Source of the DNA: a phage
Reading direction: 5' to 3' (one strand)
Length of the DNA stretch: 50,825 nucleotides
Sequence record: PZ452600.1
Made by a program: the position numbers and the translations under genes. The notes below the pieces were generated by a model. It was not told where the DNA came from and made no database searches. It was given only the letters and a program-made list of their open reading frames with translations. Every line of letters begins with the position of its first letter. Position 1 is the stretch's first letter. Below, piece after piece: positions 1 through 9,979 of this stretch.

Positions 1-1569
1 ATGATCATATGGGAAGATTTGACGGCGGCGCAAAAGCGAGCCATTAAAGAAATCAGTGAGCATTCATTCGAAAAGATGATCAGAATCTGGTTTCAGTTAT
101 TGCAGGGGCAAAAATTCCAGAGCAACTGGCATTTTAGCTTATTGTGCAGTGAGGTAGAGAAGATCATCAATGGAGAGTCGCAGAATGTGATTTTCAACAT
201 TACGCCAGGTAGCGGTAAGACTGAGATTTTCTCGATCCACATGTCACCCTACGCGTCATTGAAAAGTCGTAAGGTGAGAAACCTTAACCTTTCGTTTAGT
301 GATGGACTTGTCCAGCAAAACAGCAACAGGATAAAGGAGATTATCGGTTCTCCTGAGTGGCAAGAGCTATGGCCAGGAAAACTGGCAAAGGCGAGCGCAA
401 AAGATCTCATAGTTACGGATGGCGGCAAGGTTAAATTGCAAGTTAACTCACGTTCTATTGGCGGACAGGTAACAGGTTTGCGTGGCGGCTATATGGATGA
501 TGGTTTTACTGGTATGCTGGTTCTGGACGATCCAGACAAGCCTGATGATATGCTTTCTAAGGTCAAGCGTGAGGCGATCCACATGAGGTTAAAAAACACA
601 GTGCGTTCTCGTCGAATGAAAGACACCACGCCAATTGTTATGGTGCAACAGCGACTACACGTTAATGATTCCACCTGGTTCATGCTTAATGGCGGGATGG
701 GCGGTATTGAGTTTAAAGTTGTGAGCATTCCTGCGCTGGTTACGAAAGAATACCGCGAAACGCTTCCTGATTGGTTGAAGCCTGAATTTGATCGTGATGT
801 GTTGTCAAGTAAGCCAGTGATGATAGATGGAGTTGCTCATTATTCATTTTGGCCTGCAAAGGAAAGCGCGGAGGAATTGCTTGCATTGCGCAATGCAGAT
901 CCTTACACGTTCGCCAGCCAATACCAACAACAACCCATCGCGCTTGGCGGCAACGTGTTTAAAACAGAGTGGTTCCAGTATTACGGCAGCGGCGAAAAAT
1001 GCGCACTTCCTAAACCGGATCGCTTTGAATACACATTTATTACTGGAGATACAGCACAGAAGGCCGGAGAGCTTAACGACTATTCAGTTTTTTGTTATTG
1101 GGGGATGTATAAAAATCGCGTTTACTTCATTGATGGCATTCGCGGCAAGTGGGAAGCGCCAGATCTTGAATTAAATTTTATTGCCTTCGTTAATCAGTGC
1201 TGGAAGCGCAATAAGGAGTGTGGCAGCTTGCGACGTATTCACATTGAGGATAAGGCCAGCGGCACGGGTTTGATTCAGGGGGCCAAAAAGAAGATCCCGA
1301 TTGATATAAATCCCGTTCAGCGAAGCAATGACAAGGTAACGCGAGCAATGGACGCCGCGCCAGTAATGAGGGCAGGACGTGTGGCACTGCCAGAAAGTCA
1401 TCCCATGTTACCTGAGATACTGGCAGAGGTTGCAGCGTTCACTTTTGACGATTCTCATCCCCATGATGATATTGTCGATAATATAGTTGATGCTGTTAAC
1501 GTCGAAATGAACTTGGCAGATGATCCGGTAGCAAGGATGAAAAAGCTGGCTGGTCTACGCAATAAATAG
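1..1569 (+). CDS. terL: terminase large subunit
   Basis: 522-aa ORF starting at window position 1; Walker A-like NITPGSGKTE near N-terminus; followed by portal gene; small terminase ORF abuts it across the window ends. Confidence 0.85.
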   Translation: MIIWEDLTAAQKRAIKEISEHSFEKMIRIWFQLLQGQKFQSNWHFSLLCSEVEKIINGESQNVIFNITPGSGKTEIFSIHMSPYASLKSRKVRNLNLSFSDGLVQQNSNRIKEIIGSPEWQELWPGKLAKASAKDLIVTDGGKVKLQVNSRSIGGQVTGLRGGYMDDGFTGMLVLDDPDKPDDMLSKVKREAIHMRLKNTVRSRRMKDTTPIVMVQQRLHVNDSTWFMLNGGMGGIEFKVVSIPALVTKEYRETLPDWLKPEFDRDVLSSKPVMIDGVAHYSFWPAKESAEELLALRNADPYTFASQYQQQPIALGGNVFKTEWFQYYGSGEKCALPKPDRFEYTFITGDTAQKAGELNDYSVFCYWGMYKNRVYFIDGIRGKWEAPDLELNFIAFVNQCWKRNKECGSLRRIHIEDKASGTGLIQGAKKKIPIDINPVQRSNDKVTRAMDAAPVMRAGRVALPESHPMLPEILAEVAAFTFDDSHPHDDIVDNIVDAVNVEMNLADDPVARMKKLAGLRNK

Positions 1570-1597
1570 CACTAATTGCTAAAAAGTTATATAATCA

Positions 1598-1625
1598 AGG
1601 CTGGATTTTTCCAGCCTTTTTTATT
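1598..1625 (+). terminator. intrinsic terminator between terL and portal gene
   Basis: AAGGCTGG-loop-CCAGCCTT followed by TTTTTTAT. Confidence 0.6.
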
Positions 1626-1639
1626 ATGGAGATTTGACG

Positions 1640-2935
1640 ATGAGCGAAAAAACAAGGCTAGTTAAGGCCGATGGATACAACGAGATTTTCAAGGGCAGCA
1701 AGGGTAATGGGCGTGTAGAGTTGCCTTTCTTTATGCAAGGTTTCGAATACACCACGCACGCTGATTTTTACATTCGCGATGGACTAGCAAAACGAATTAT
1801 CGACGTTGTTCCAGAAGAAATGGTGACGCCTGGATTTAATATTGATGGCGTGGAAGATGAGGAAAGTTTTAGATCTTTGTGGGATGAGAAGAGACTAAAC
1901 GATAAAATCATTGATGCGCTTTGCTGGTCGCGTCTTTTTGGTGGCGCTGCAATCGTAGCAATCGTTCAGGATGGCAGGGCTTTAAAGTCACCTGTAGCGC
2001 CTGGTGCAATCCTTGAAGATGTTCGCGTTTACGATCGCTTTCAGGTTCGCGTAGAAAAGCGAGAAACTAATCCGCGCAAGGTGCGATATGGTGAGCCACT
2101 AATTTACACCATTGCACCTGGTGCCGACTTGCCAGAATACCAGGTTCACTATTCGCGAATCTGTATTATCGACGGTGAGCGGCTACCAAATCAGCGGCGT
2201 CAATCAAATGATGGTTGGGGTGAGTCAATCCTGAATAAGCGATTGGTTGAGGCTATTTGTGATTACAACTACTGCGAAAACTTAGCAACTCAATTGTTGC
2301 GACGTAAGCAACAGGCAGTATGGAAAGCTAAAGGACTTGCCGATCTTTGTGATGATGATGGTGATGGTGTTAACGCCGCACGTTTGCGCCTTGCTCAAGT
2401 TGATGATGAGGGTGGCGTAGGCCGCGCGATCGGCATTGATGCGGAAGATGAGGAATATGATGTTTTAAATTCTGATATTTCCGGCGTCGATTCATTCCTG
2501 GAAAAGAAGATGGATCGCATTGTATCTCTTTCCGGCATCCATGAAATCATCCTCAAAAACAAGAACGTTGGCGGTGTTAGCGCGAGCCAAAACACGGCGC
2601 TAGAAACCTTCTACAAGCTGATCGATCGAAAGCGAAAGGAAGAGTACAAACCAATACTTGAATTTCTGATCCCGTTCCTGATTCAAGAAGAAGAATGGAG
2701 CATTCAGTTTGCGCCGTTAAGCGTTCCAAGCGAAAAGGACCAGGCCGAGATCTTGAACAAGAATATTGATTCTTTGAGCAAGGCCATTGAAGGTCAATTC
2801 ATGGATACAGATGAGGCGCGCGACACATTGCGAGCCATTGCGCCTAACGTTAAACTAAAAGACGGCAATTACATTAAATTACCTGAGCAAGACGTAGAGC
2901 CGGAGCCAGGAACAACAGAGGGTAGCAATCAATGA
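1640..2935 (+). CDS. portal protein
   Basis: 432-aa ORF directly after TerL; GGAG 8 nt before ATG 1640 (track ORF starts at upstream TTG 1634); position and size typical of portal. Confidence 0.75.
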   Translation: MSEKTRLVKADGYNEIFKGSKGNGRVELPFFMQGFEYTTHADFYIRDGLAKRIIDVVPEEMVTPGFNIDGVEDEESFRSLWDEKRLNDKIIDALCWSRLFGGAAIVAIVQDGRALKSPVAPGAILEDVRVYDRFQVRVEKRETNPRKVRYGEPLIYTIAPGADLPEYQVHYSRICIIDGERLPNQRRQSNDGWGESILNKRLVEAICDYNYCENLATQLLRRKQQAVWKAKGLADLCDDDGDGVNAARLRLAQVDDEGGVGRAIGIDAEDEEYDVLNSDISGVDSFLEKKMDRIVSLSGIHEIILKNKNVGGVSASQNTALETFYKLIDRKRKEEYKPILEFLIPFLIQEEEWSIQFAPLSVPSEKDQAEILNKNIDSLSKAIEGQFMDTDEARDTLRAIAPNVKLKDGNYIKLPEQDVEPEPGTTEGSNQ

Positions 2936-3687
2936 TAGTGAAAGGCGTCGTTAAACAATGGCGCTTTCCTGAAGCAAGCGAGCGGCAATTGCGCCGCTCA
3001 ATTCAGGAGGCGATAAGGGATCTTGTTGTGCTGATGCGCAGCAAAACAAAGGAAATGAAATTTGACGCGGACACCGAAGAAATCAACGCCGCAGAGGATG
3101 AGATTAGTAGCTTCGCGTTAAAGCTAATAGCTGGCATCGCCGCATCGCTTCCGGCTATCGGTCTTGCTGTTTATAAATTCAACGCGAAGCAATTTATTAA
3201 CGTAGCCAAATCAACGGGAGGTAAGTCAAATTCCGCCGTTATCATCCTTATGGCTATTGGGGCCAATGCGAATGAGAGTTGGTATAGGACGCTATACGGT
3301 CAATGGCATGACATGACGATCGCATCTCTTCAAAAACTATTTGGAAACATCGTGTCTGACTGGTCAACCAATATTAGATTGGCAAACTTTCGCGGAATGA
3401 GAGATAGTCAGGTCAATGAATTGGCTGGTAAGAGATTTGCAGTGTATAGCTCTTGGGGTAAGACCAGGGCGGAAAACATCATAGGCGCTTGGAATAGTAG
3501 ACTCATGCGCCAGCGTCTGTATGATGCAAAAGTAACTCATTATTTTTGGCATGGTATGCTTGATGACAGAGAGCGATTGCAGCATGTACAATGGGAAGGT
3601 AAGCGCATTGCGCTAGATTCTGAACATGATTTTCCTGGTGAGCCTTTCGGTTGTCGTTGTTGGGCCATACCAGATTGGAACAATTAA
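2932..3687 (+). CDS. head morphogenesis protein (Mu gpF / SPP1 gp7-like)
   Basis: ATGA overlap with portal stop; C-terminal PGEPFGCRCWA resembles the conserved C-terminal Cys motif of Mu-F-type minor head proteins. Confidence 0.7.
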   Translation: MIVKGVVKQWRFPEASERQLRRSIQEAIRDLVVLMRSKTKEMKFDADTEEINAAEDEISSFALKLIAGIAASLPAIGLAVYKFNAKQFINVAKSTGGKSNSAVIILMAIGANANESWYRTLYGQWHDMTIASLQKLFGNIVSDWSTNIRLANFRGMRDSQVNELAGKRFAVYSSWGKTRAENIIGAWNSRLMRQRLYDAKVTHYFWHGMLDDRERLQHVQWEGKRIALDSEHDFPGEPFGCRCWAIPDWNN

Positions 3688-3697
3688 GAGGTGTTAA

Positions 3698-4813
3698 ATG
3701 AAAGCAAATCAAAGATTTGATAGCGCCAAAGTAAAGGCGCACTTTGATGATAACGGGTTTTTAGTTGATCGCCCTATCGTGGCGCGAATTGGTTTACAAG
3801 TCTATCAGACTCCTTTCGGTGAGCGCCGAGAATTTCGCCCTGCGTCCGAAGTATTCAAGGCCGACTCACTCGCCACCTTCGCAGGGAAGCCGGTCACGGT
3901 TGGTCACGTCACGGTAACGCCAGAAAACGCCGAAAAGGTTGTAGTTGGTTCTTGTGCTGGCGCTGGTGTGCCGAACGGGATCGGCGTAGAGGTTCCGTTA
4001 AGCATTTACTCAAAACGAGCAATCGAAAGCGCAAAGAAGCGAGACACGGCGGAAATTTCAGTTGGTTATACATCGGTTGATATTGATAAACCAGGCTGGG
4101 GCAATAATAAAACTGGTGAGTACGTTTTCGATGAGGACGTTAGCGAAGACTGGAAACCTGATTCTCCTGATTGGGTTAAGTTTGATGCAATCCAGACTGA
4201 AATCAAGGTAAACCACATCGCGTTAGTTTTCCGAGGTCGAGCTGGCATTGCAAAATTAAACCTTGATAGCCAGCAAGATTTTCCGTATAGTGACGACGTT
4301 ATTAACAACAAAGAGGATCAAATCATGACTGTAAAAATTAAACTGGATGGCGCTGTAGAGTTTGACGTGCCGAAAGCGGTTGCGGATCACATTGAATCAC
4401 TGAAAGCTGATACCAAAGCGCAGAAAGAAAAGGCGGACGGCCTGGAAGCTGAGCGAGACGCACTGCAAACCAAAGTAGATGGCATTCAGGATCAGATTGA
4501 TGCCGCAGTCAAGAAGGCCAAAGAAGATGCCGAGCAATATGCTCAATTAGTGGCAGACGCTAAAGAGTTAGGCATCAAGTGCGACGGCCTGGATGCGAAA
4601 GCAATCAAGGTTGCATACATCAAGGAAGTTATGGGCAATGACGTTTCTGATAAAACTGATGCCTATATCGAAACAGCTTTCGACATCGCCAAAAACTCTG
4701 ATAAAATGGCGGCGCAGCGTAAGAGCATTAAAGGTGACTCTTTCGCGAATGAAAAGCAGGATGATGCAGGTTCTAAGCTGAATCCTAACGCTCGTTTTGA
4801 GAAACTGAAATAA
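3698..4813 (+). CDS. putative capsid scaffolding / prohead core protein
   Basis: 371 aa; highly charged coiled-coil-like C-terminal half (KAVADHIESLKADTKAQKEKADGLEAERDALQTKVDG...); sits between Mu-F-like and capsid genes. Confidence 0.55.
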   Translation: MKANQRFDSAKVKAHFDDNGFLVDRPIVARIGLQVYQTPFGERREFRPASEVFKADSLATFAGKPVTVGHVTVTPENAEKVVVGSCAGAGVPNGIGVEVPLSIYSKRAIESAKKRDTAEISVGYTSVDIDKPGWGNNKTGEYVFDEDVSEDWKPDSPDWVKFDAIQTEIKVNHIALVFRGRAGIAKLNLDSQQDFPYSDDVINNKEDQIMTVKIKLDGAVEFDVPKAVADHIESLKADTKAQKEKADGLEAERDALQTKVDGIQDQIDAAVKKAKEDAEQYAQLVADAKELGIKCDGLDAKAIKVAYIKEVMGNDVSDKTDAYIETAFDIAKNSDKMAAQRKSIKGDSFANEKQDDAGSKLNPNARFEKLK

Positions 4814-4825
4814 GGAGTAATTAAA

Positions 4826-5335
4826 ATGGCTAAAATTGGAGCAAGTTATTTTGACACTATGGCGCGTGCGCTTCCTGGTCAGGTATCCGACACGTCAGCA
4901 TATAACATCGACGGCGCTTGCGTTCTTGACAAGGAAGACGGCATCCCAATCCTGGTTGGTGTGGCTGTTAAGCTAAAAGGCGTTGACTCAATGGGTAACA
5001 AGCTGATCGACTCCATTTCCGCTGGCGGTGATGTTCCTTATGGCGTTGGCATCCGTTCTCACTTTCAAACAACGGCTGATAATGGTCGAATGGTTTATGA
5101 GGTTGGCGGCGGAATCAACGTTATGACAGAGGGCCGCGTTTGGATGATTGGCGATGATTCAGATAAGGCCAAAAAGCCATCGTATCGTGAGCCTGTAAAA
5201 ATTGATGAAAACACTGGCAAGGTAAAAAGTGGTGGCGCTATCAATACCAACTGGATTTACACGGGAGATAAAACCACATTTGGAACTGGCGAAGATGTGT
5301 TGACTTTGTTTGAAGTTCAGGTCTTCCCAAGCTAA
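4826..5335 (+). CDS. capsid-associated protein (decoration-like), paralog 1
   Basis: GGAG RBS; starts MAK; paralogous to the next ORF (YNIDGACV / GVGIRSHFQTTADNG...GINVMTEGRVWM). Confidence 0.4.
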   Translation: MAKIGASYFDTMARALPGQVSDTSAYNIDGACVLDKEDGIPILVGVAVKLKGVDSMGNKLIDSISAGGDVPYGVGIRSHFQTTADNGRMVYEVGGGINVMTEGRVWMIGDDSDKAKKPSYREPVKIDENTGKVKSGGAINTNWIYTGDKTTFGTGEDVLTLFEVQVFPS

Positions 5336-5340
5336 AATTA

Positions 5341-5367
5341 AGGCGCTCGCTTGAGCGCCTTTTTTAT
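5341..5367 (+). terminator. intrinsic terminator
   Basis: AGGCGCTCGCTTGAGCGCCT + T6. Confidence 0.65.
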
Positions 5368-5385
5368 TATGTAAGGAGAAATGAA

Positions 5386-6168
5386 ATGGCTAAAGATTAT
5401 TCATCTGTTATGGGTCTTTCTTGCCCTGGTTGTTTGGTTGATTCTACTCGCTACAATATTGATGGAACTGGCGTTTGCGGATCTGAGTCGATCATTGCTG
5501 GCAAAGTTGTTTTCTTCAAAGAGAGAGTGGAAGGTTATAACATATTTGTTGATCATAAAGAGTATGATGCTGTGGTTGCTGGTGTTGCTATAAGGAGCAA
5601 TATCACGACAACGGTTAACGAGGAAGACGGATACTCTGACTATAAGGAAGGAGATTCTATCAACATTTTAACAAGAGGGGTTGTATGGTGCTTAACTCAA
5701 ACGATTGAGTCTGCGCCTGAACATGGCGATCTTGTTTATGTTAACAATGATGGTTTTGTAGCAAAAAGTGATGGCGATGAAATCGTCGATGGCTGGATTT
5801 TTACTGGTGACTTCTACAAGTTTGATGAAACAATAAACATAGTAGGAGTAAGGATAACGCCGCTTCATCATAGAAAATACCTTCTTACTGGTGCGATAAT
5901 TGAGGCTGAAAATGGCTACATAGAGGGAACAGAGACGATTAATAACGTTCAATTAAAGGTAACGGTTGTTCCTACTTGGGCTGATGACAAAACGGGTCAG
6001 TGGACAATTACAAACGAGCAAGATCCAAAGGTTGCCAGCGTTAGCCGTACAGGTCTTGTTGTTCCTACTGGTGTAGGAGGCAGAGTTAACGTCAACTGGA
6101 CTGCTAATGATGGTTCTGGAGTTGCTGACCAGTTTGATATTGTATTTAAGAAAACCGCTGGCGCATAA
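5386..6168 (+). CDS. capsid-associated protein, paralog 2 with C-terminal extension
   Basis: AAGGAG RBS 9 nt before ATG 5386; N-terminal 150 aa paralogous to 4826-5335; extra beta-rich C-terminal domain. Confidence 0.4.
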   Translation: MAKDYSSVMGLSCPGCLVDSTRYNIDGTGVCGSESIIAGKVVFFKERVEGYNIFVDHKEYDAVVAGVAIRSNITTTVNEEDGYSDYKEGDSINILTRGVVWCLTQTIESAPEHGDLVYVNNDGFVAKSDGDEIVDGWIFTGDFYKFDETINIVGVRITPLHHRKYLLTGAIIEAENGYIEGTETINNVQLKVTVVPTWADDKTGQWTITNEQDPKVASVSRTGLVVPTGVGGRVNVNWTANDGSGVADQFDIVFKKTAGA

Positions 6169-6194
6169 CTGATAGCATAAAAAAACATTGCACG

Positions 6195-6212
6195 TTTAAC
6201 AAAAAGTGCTAT
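6195..6212 (+). promoter_or_regulatory. inverted box upstream of major capsid gene
   Basis: TTTAACAAAAAGTGCTAT; contains extended -10-like TGcTATCAT; followed by hairpin 6219-6238. Confidence 0.4.
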
Positions 6213-6218
6213 CATCTA

Positions 6219-6245
6219 GGCCGTTACATTTAACGGCCTTTTTTA
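6219..6245 (+). terminator. hairpin + T-run directly upstream of capsid RBS (terminator or 5' stabilising stem-loop)
   Basis: GGCCGTTA-CATT-TAACGGCC + T6. Confidence 0.55.
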
Positions 6246-6258
6246 TGGAGGAAGCAAA

Positions 6259-7230
6259 ATGGCTAAAAAATACGATGAATTAGATGCTACCATTGTAGCA
6301 AATCATTTACAGGTTCAGGGCGTTAAGGGTGATGCTTCTGATATGGGTATTTGGACCGCTCAAGAGCTACACAAGATCCGTTCAACGGCATACGAGAAAG
6401 AGTATCCGGCAGGTTCCGCACTTCGCGTATTCCCTGTAACAAACGAGCTTTCTGATACTGATAAGACTTTTGAGTATCAGACTTTTGATAAGGTTGGCTA
6501 CGCGAAAATTATCGCCGACTACACCGACGATCTGCCGACTGTGGACGCGCTGATGACTTCTGAGTTTGGCAAAGTGTTCCGCCTGGGTAACGCTTATCTG
6601 ATCTCCATTGATGAGATTAAAGCAGGTCAGCGAACTGGCAAGAGCCTGTCAACTCGCAAGGCTAACGCCGCGCAAAATGCACATGATCAGCTGATTAACT
6701 TCCTGGTGTTCAAAGGTTCCAAGCCTCATAAGATCGTTTCCGTTTTCGATCACCCTAACCTTACGAAAATTGTTTCTAAAGGATGGATGAGCCAGGATGG
6801 AAACACCAAGTTCCCTGATGTGGCAAGCGATGAACTGGAGGCTGCAATCGAGACTATCGAGGAAGTAACCAAAGGTCAGCACCGCGCGACTAACATCCTG
6901 ATCCCGCCGTCCATGCGTAAAGTCTTGACGGTTCGAATGGAAAATACCACTGAAAGTTATCTTGAATACTTCCAGAAGCAAAACGGCGGCATCACTATCG
7001 ACTCTATCGCAGAGCTTGAGGATATTGACGGCAAAGGTACGAAAGGTTGCTTGGTTTACGAAAAAGATCCAATGAACATGAGCATTGAGATTCCAGAAGC
7101 GTTTAATATGCTTCCGGCGCAGCCAAAAGACCTTCACTTCAAGGTTCCTTGCACTTCCAAGTGTACTGGCCTTACAATTTATCGTCCGTTTACGATGGTG
7201 CTTATTACTGGCTTGAAAAAGTCAGATTAA
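6259..7230 (+). CDS. major capsid protein
   Basis: 323-aa ORF with strong GGAGGA RBS, flanked by intrinsic terminators on both sides; position after scaffold/decoration genes. Confidence 0.65.
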   Translation: MAKKYDELDATIVANHLQVQGVKGDASDMGIWTAQELHKIRSTAYEKEYPAGSALRVFPVTNELSDTDKTFEYQTFDKVGYAKIIADYTDDLPTVDALMTSEFGKVFRLGNAYLISIDEIKAGQRTGKSLSTRKANAAQNAHDQLINFLVFKGSKPHKIVSVFDHPNLTKIVSKGWMSQDGNTKFPDVASDELEAAIETIEEVTKGQHRATNILIPPSMRKVLTVRMENTTESYLEYFQKQNGGITIDSIAELEDIDGKGTKGCLVYEKDPMNMSIEIPEAFNMLPAQPKDLHFKVPCTSKCTGLTIYRPFTMVLITGLKKSD

Positions 7231-7241
7231 TTAGATAACAT

Positions 7242-7270
7242 GGGGAGCCTTAAGGGTTCCCCTTTTTTTA
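7242..7270 (+). terminator. intrinsic terminator after major capsid gene
   Basis: GGGGAGCC-TTAAG-GGTTCCCC + T7. Confidence 0.7.
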
Positions 7271-7287
7271 TTTATGGAGCACGCAAA

Positions 7288-7554
7288 ATGAGCAAAAACT
7301 TAAAACTTAAAGTAACTGGCGTTTGCATGATCATTATGAACGGTAAGCGTTATCATCCTGGTGATGAAATTGAAATTGAATCCGATCGCATTAATGATTC
7401 CGCAATTGAATACCTGATCGCTCGCGGCGATGTGGAAGTTAAAGACAATTCCGAAATTAACGAGCAAATCAAGGAGAAAGCGGAGAAGAAGCGCAAAAAA
7501 GATCCTACCGAGGGCAAGAGCCGCAAAGAGCTAGAGGATGGCGGCGAATATTAA
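7288..7554 (+). CDS. hypothetical head-region protein
   Basis: ATG 7288 with GGAG 8 nt upstream; the track ORF start at 7240 lies inside the capsid-gene terminator hairpin. Confidence 0.45.
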   Translation: MSKNLKLKVTGVCMIIMNGKRYHPGDEIEIESDRINDSAIEYLIARGDVEVKDNSEINEQIKEKAEKKRKKDPTEGKSRKELEDGGEY

Positions 7555-7600
7555 TAATTGGGGCGCTTATGCGCCCCTTGTCATATCTGGAGAAAACAAA

Positions 7601-8020
7601 ATGGTAGATGAATTTTACACAGACGCTGAAATCGTTCAGCAAATCGTAAAGTTGGCCCCACCAATGCAGCAGGTTGATCCCGATTTAATTGTGGCATGGA
7701 TTGAGCTTGCTAAAGAATTTGTTTGCAAAAAACGGTTTAAAAACTCATACCCTAAAGCGGTTGCGCTTTACACTCTTCACCTTATGACCTTAGACGGGGC
7801 AATGAAACAGGAAGGTGAAAGCGTAGAAAGCTACTCCCGACGCGTTGCCTCGTTCACTCTGACTGGTGAATTTAGTCAGACGTTTGATCGAATTTCTTCC
7901 GATACAAGCGGAAAGCAGATCCGACAAACGCCGTGGGGCAAAATGTACGAAGTGTTAAACCGTAAGCACGGTGGCGGCTTTGGCCTTGTGACTGGATTGC
8001 GCCGGAGATGCTGCCGATGA
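7601..8020 (+). CDS. putative head-tail connector/adaptor protein
   Basis: ATG 7601 with GGAG RBS; first of four small ORFs between capsid and major tail genes (position-based call). Confidence 0.45.
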   Translation: MVDEFYTDAEIVQQIVKLAPPMQQVDPDLIVAWIELAKEFVCKKRFKNSYPKAVALYTLHLMTLDGAMKQEGESVESYSRRVASFTLTGEFSQTFDRISSDTSGKQIRQTPWGKMYEVLNRKHGGGFGLVTGLRRRCCR

Positions 8021-8391
8021 ACTACAATGAGATTGCAAGAATGGCTACGGCTGGGATTAACTTTTTCAGCGATGCTAACGGTATGTTTAAGTGCATCACG
8101 CAGCAGGGAGGGGTTGAGATTATCGGCGGAGAGGAAGTTACCAAGCCGGAGATTTCAGTGATGATAAAGGGGCTTGTTAGATCTCCGAGGACTAGAGAGG
8201 TTGACGGTGAAGCAATCCGAGTAACCGACAAGTTGGGGATATTCACCAATGAAACTGAGATCAAAAATGGTTATCAGATTGAAATTGATGGCGATCGTTA
8301 TGTTGTCGTTGAAGCAAGACCAGTCAGACAGACTAACATCACGGCAGCTTATCGTCCGATATTAAGGAGGATTGCTGTGCATGGCGGATAA
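8017..8391 (+). CDS. putative head-tail joining protein
   Basis: ATGA overlap with upstream stop; GGAG 9 nt before ATG 8017; position-based. Confidence 0.45.
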   Translation: MNYNEIARMATAGINFFSDANGMFKCITQQGGVEIIGGEEVTKPEISVMIKGLVRSPRTREVDGEAIRVTDKLGIFTNETEIKNGYQIEIDGDRYVVVEARPVRQTNITAAYRPILRRIAVHGG

Positions 8392-8824
8392 TTATAAGAT
8401 CAGGGAATTTCACGGTGATATAAGCAGATGGATTGATTCAGTAAGCAGCGGCCTTGTTGATTGCGTTGAAATGTTCGCGACAAACGTCCACGAGGATCTT
8501 GTAAAGCGTTCGCCAGTTGATACGGGCCGATATAAAGCTAACTGGCAGGTAACAGCAAACAAGCCGCCGCTATATGCGCTCAATCAATACGATCGCGATG
8601 GTAGTAAAACCATTGCAGAAGGCAAGCGAGCAATATATGCAATCATGCGGGGCGGTGGCGCGGTGCGGTCAATCTATTTTTCAAACATGCTTATTTACGC
8701 CAATGCGCTTGAATACGGGCATTCAAAACAAGCGCCGTCCGGCGTGCTGGGAATCGTGGCGGTAAAGCTGCGATCCTATATGACTAAGGCAATAAATGAT
8801 TCGAGGGCAAAAAATGCACTATGA
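8381..8824 (+). CDS. putative tail completion / head-tail joining protein
   Basis: AGGAGG RBS before ATG 8381 (track start 8372 is TTG); position-based. Confidence 0.45.
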   Translation: MADNYKIREFHGDISRWIDSVSSGLVDCVEMFATNVHEDLVKRSPVDTGRYKANWQVTANKPPLYALNQYDRDGSKTIAEGKRAIYAIMRGGGAVRSIYFSNMLIYANALEYGHSKQAPSGVLGIVAVKLRSYMTKAINDSRAKNAL

Positions 8825-9215
8825 TTTAATGTTAGCGGCAAGAAAGGCGCTGGCGGCGGAATATGAATCACGATTCAAGATCGCCTATGAAAACGTTGAT
8901 TTTGTTCCGCCTGGTGATGGTTCGATGTGGTTAAAATTTGACTACATGGAAGCCGACACAGATCGCATATCTCTTGATAGAAAATGCGTTTCTTATATCG
9001 GATTGGTTCAGGTTGGAATTGTTATGCCTCCTGGCGGCGGCACTGATAAAGCGCGTTTGCTGGCTAAAGAGATTGCGAGATTTTTCTATGATGGTAGAAT
9101 GTTTGAAACTGGCTATATTAGCGAGGGGGCAAACGTCCACGCATTACTAAAAAGTGAAACAGGTTGGTTCTTACCGATCCGCTTCAGTGTTAGGCTTGAC
9201 ACAAAGGAGGAATAA
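8814..9215 (+). CDS. putative tail terminator protein
   Basis: GAGGG RBS before ATG 8814; immediately upstream of major tail gene; position-based. Confidence 0.45.
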   Translation: MHYDLMLAARKALAAEYESRFKIAYENVDFVPPGDGSMWLKFDYMEADTDRISLDRKCVSYIGLVQVGIVMPPGGGTDKARLLAKEIARFFYDGRMFETGYISEGANVHALLKSETGWFLPIRFSVRLDTKEE

Positions 9216-9217
9216 TC

Positions 9218-9880
9218 ATGCACTTGCCTAATGGTTCTCAAATTTTCATCGGCGTTAATATGGGTGAGCCAATTAGCGCGACTCAAATCAGCAATGCTGA
9301 TAATCCTGTTTTTACAACCGAAAACACTCAAAGCATCAAAAAAGGCGCTTATGTTCTTATTGAAACATCTTCTTGGGGCAAACTTGTTAGTCGAGTGCTT
9401 CGAGTTAAGGAAGTATCAGATAATGTAAGTGTTACTCTTGAGGGTGTTAGCACTAAAGATACAAACGTATTTCCAGAAGGACAGAACACAGCAACTTTCC
9501 GAGAAGTGAAATCATGGGTAGAGATTCCTTGCGTGCAGGATCTTGCGCAGGACGGCGGCGAGCAACAGTATTACACTTATCAGTGTTTGGCTGACGACCA
9601 GGAGCAGCAGTTACCGACCTATAAGAGCGCCGTTTCTCTTGCCTACACTTTCGCGCATGAATATGATAACCCGATTTATCCGATCTTGCGCGAGGCTGAG
9701 GAATCCGGCGACGTAACAGCTTTGCGTATGTACGTTCCTAAAGCTAAAGAGATGCGTTGCTGGGCTGGCGTATTGTCCTTTAATGACATTCCGCAAACAA
9801 CTATGAACGAAATTGAAACTGTTTCCCTTTCCGTATCTCTGAAAGGTCGATTCACGTTCTTACCTTCTGACGTTAAGTAA
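9218..9880 (+). CDS. major tail protein
   Basis: AAGGAGG RBS; 220-aa ORF followed by terminator and the G/G-T chaperone pair; position-based. Confidence 0.55.
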   Translation: MHLPNGSQIFIGVNMGEPISATQISNADNPVFTTENTQSIKKGAYVLIETSSWGKLVSRVLRVKEVSDNVSVTLEGVSTKDTNVFPEGQNTATFREVKSWVEIPCVQDLAQDGGEQQYYTYQCLADDQEQQLPTYKSAVSLAYTFAHEYDNPIYPILREAEESGDVTALRMYVPKAKEMRCWAGVLSFNDIPQTTMNEIETVSLSVSLKGRFTFLPSDVK

Positions 9881-9885
9881 AACAA

Positions 9886-9907
9886 GGGGCGTTGCGCCCC
9901 TTTTTTC
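9886..9907 (+). terminator. intrinsic terminator after major tail gene
   Basis: GGGGCG-TTG-CGCCCC + T6. Confidence 0.7.
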
Positions 9908-9946
9908 ATTCCTGTAAAATCAATCTATCAAATAAATCAATTTCAC

Positions 9947-9965
9947 TTTTAACAAAAAGTGCTAC
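9947..9965 (+). promoter_or_regulatory. inverted box abutting RBS of tail chaperone gene
   Basis: TTTTAACAAAAAGTGCTAC immediately 5' of AAGGAG and ATG 9980. Confidence 0.4.
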
Positions 9966-9979
9966 AAGGAGATCTTGAG

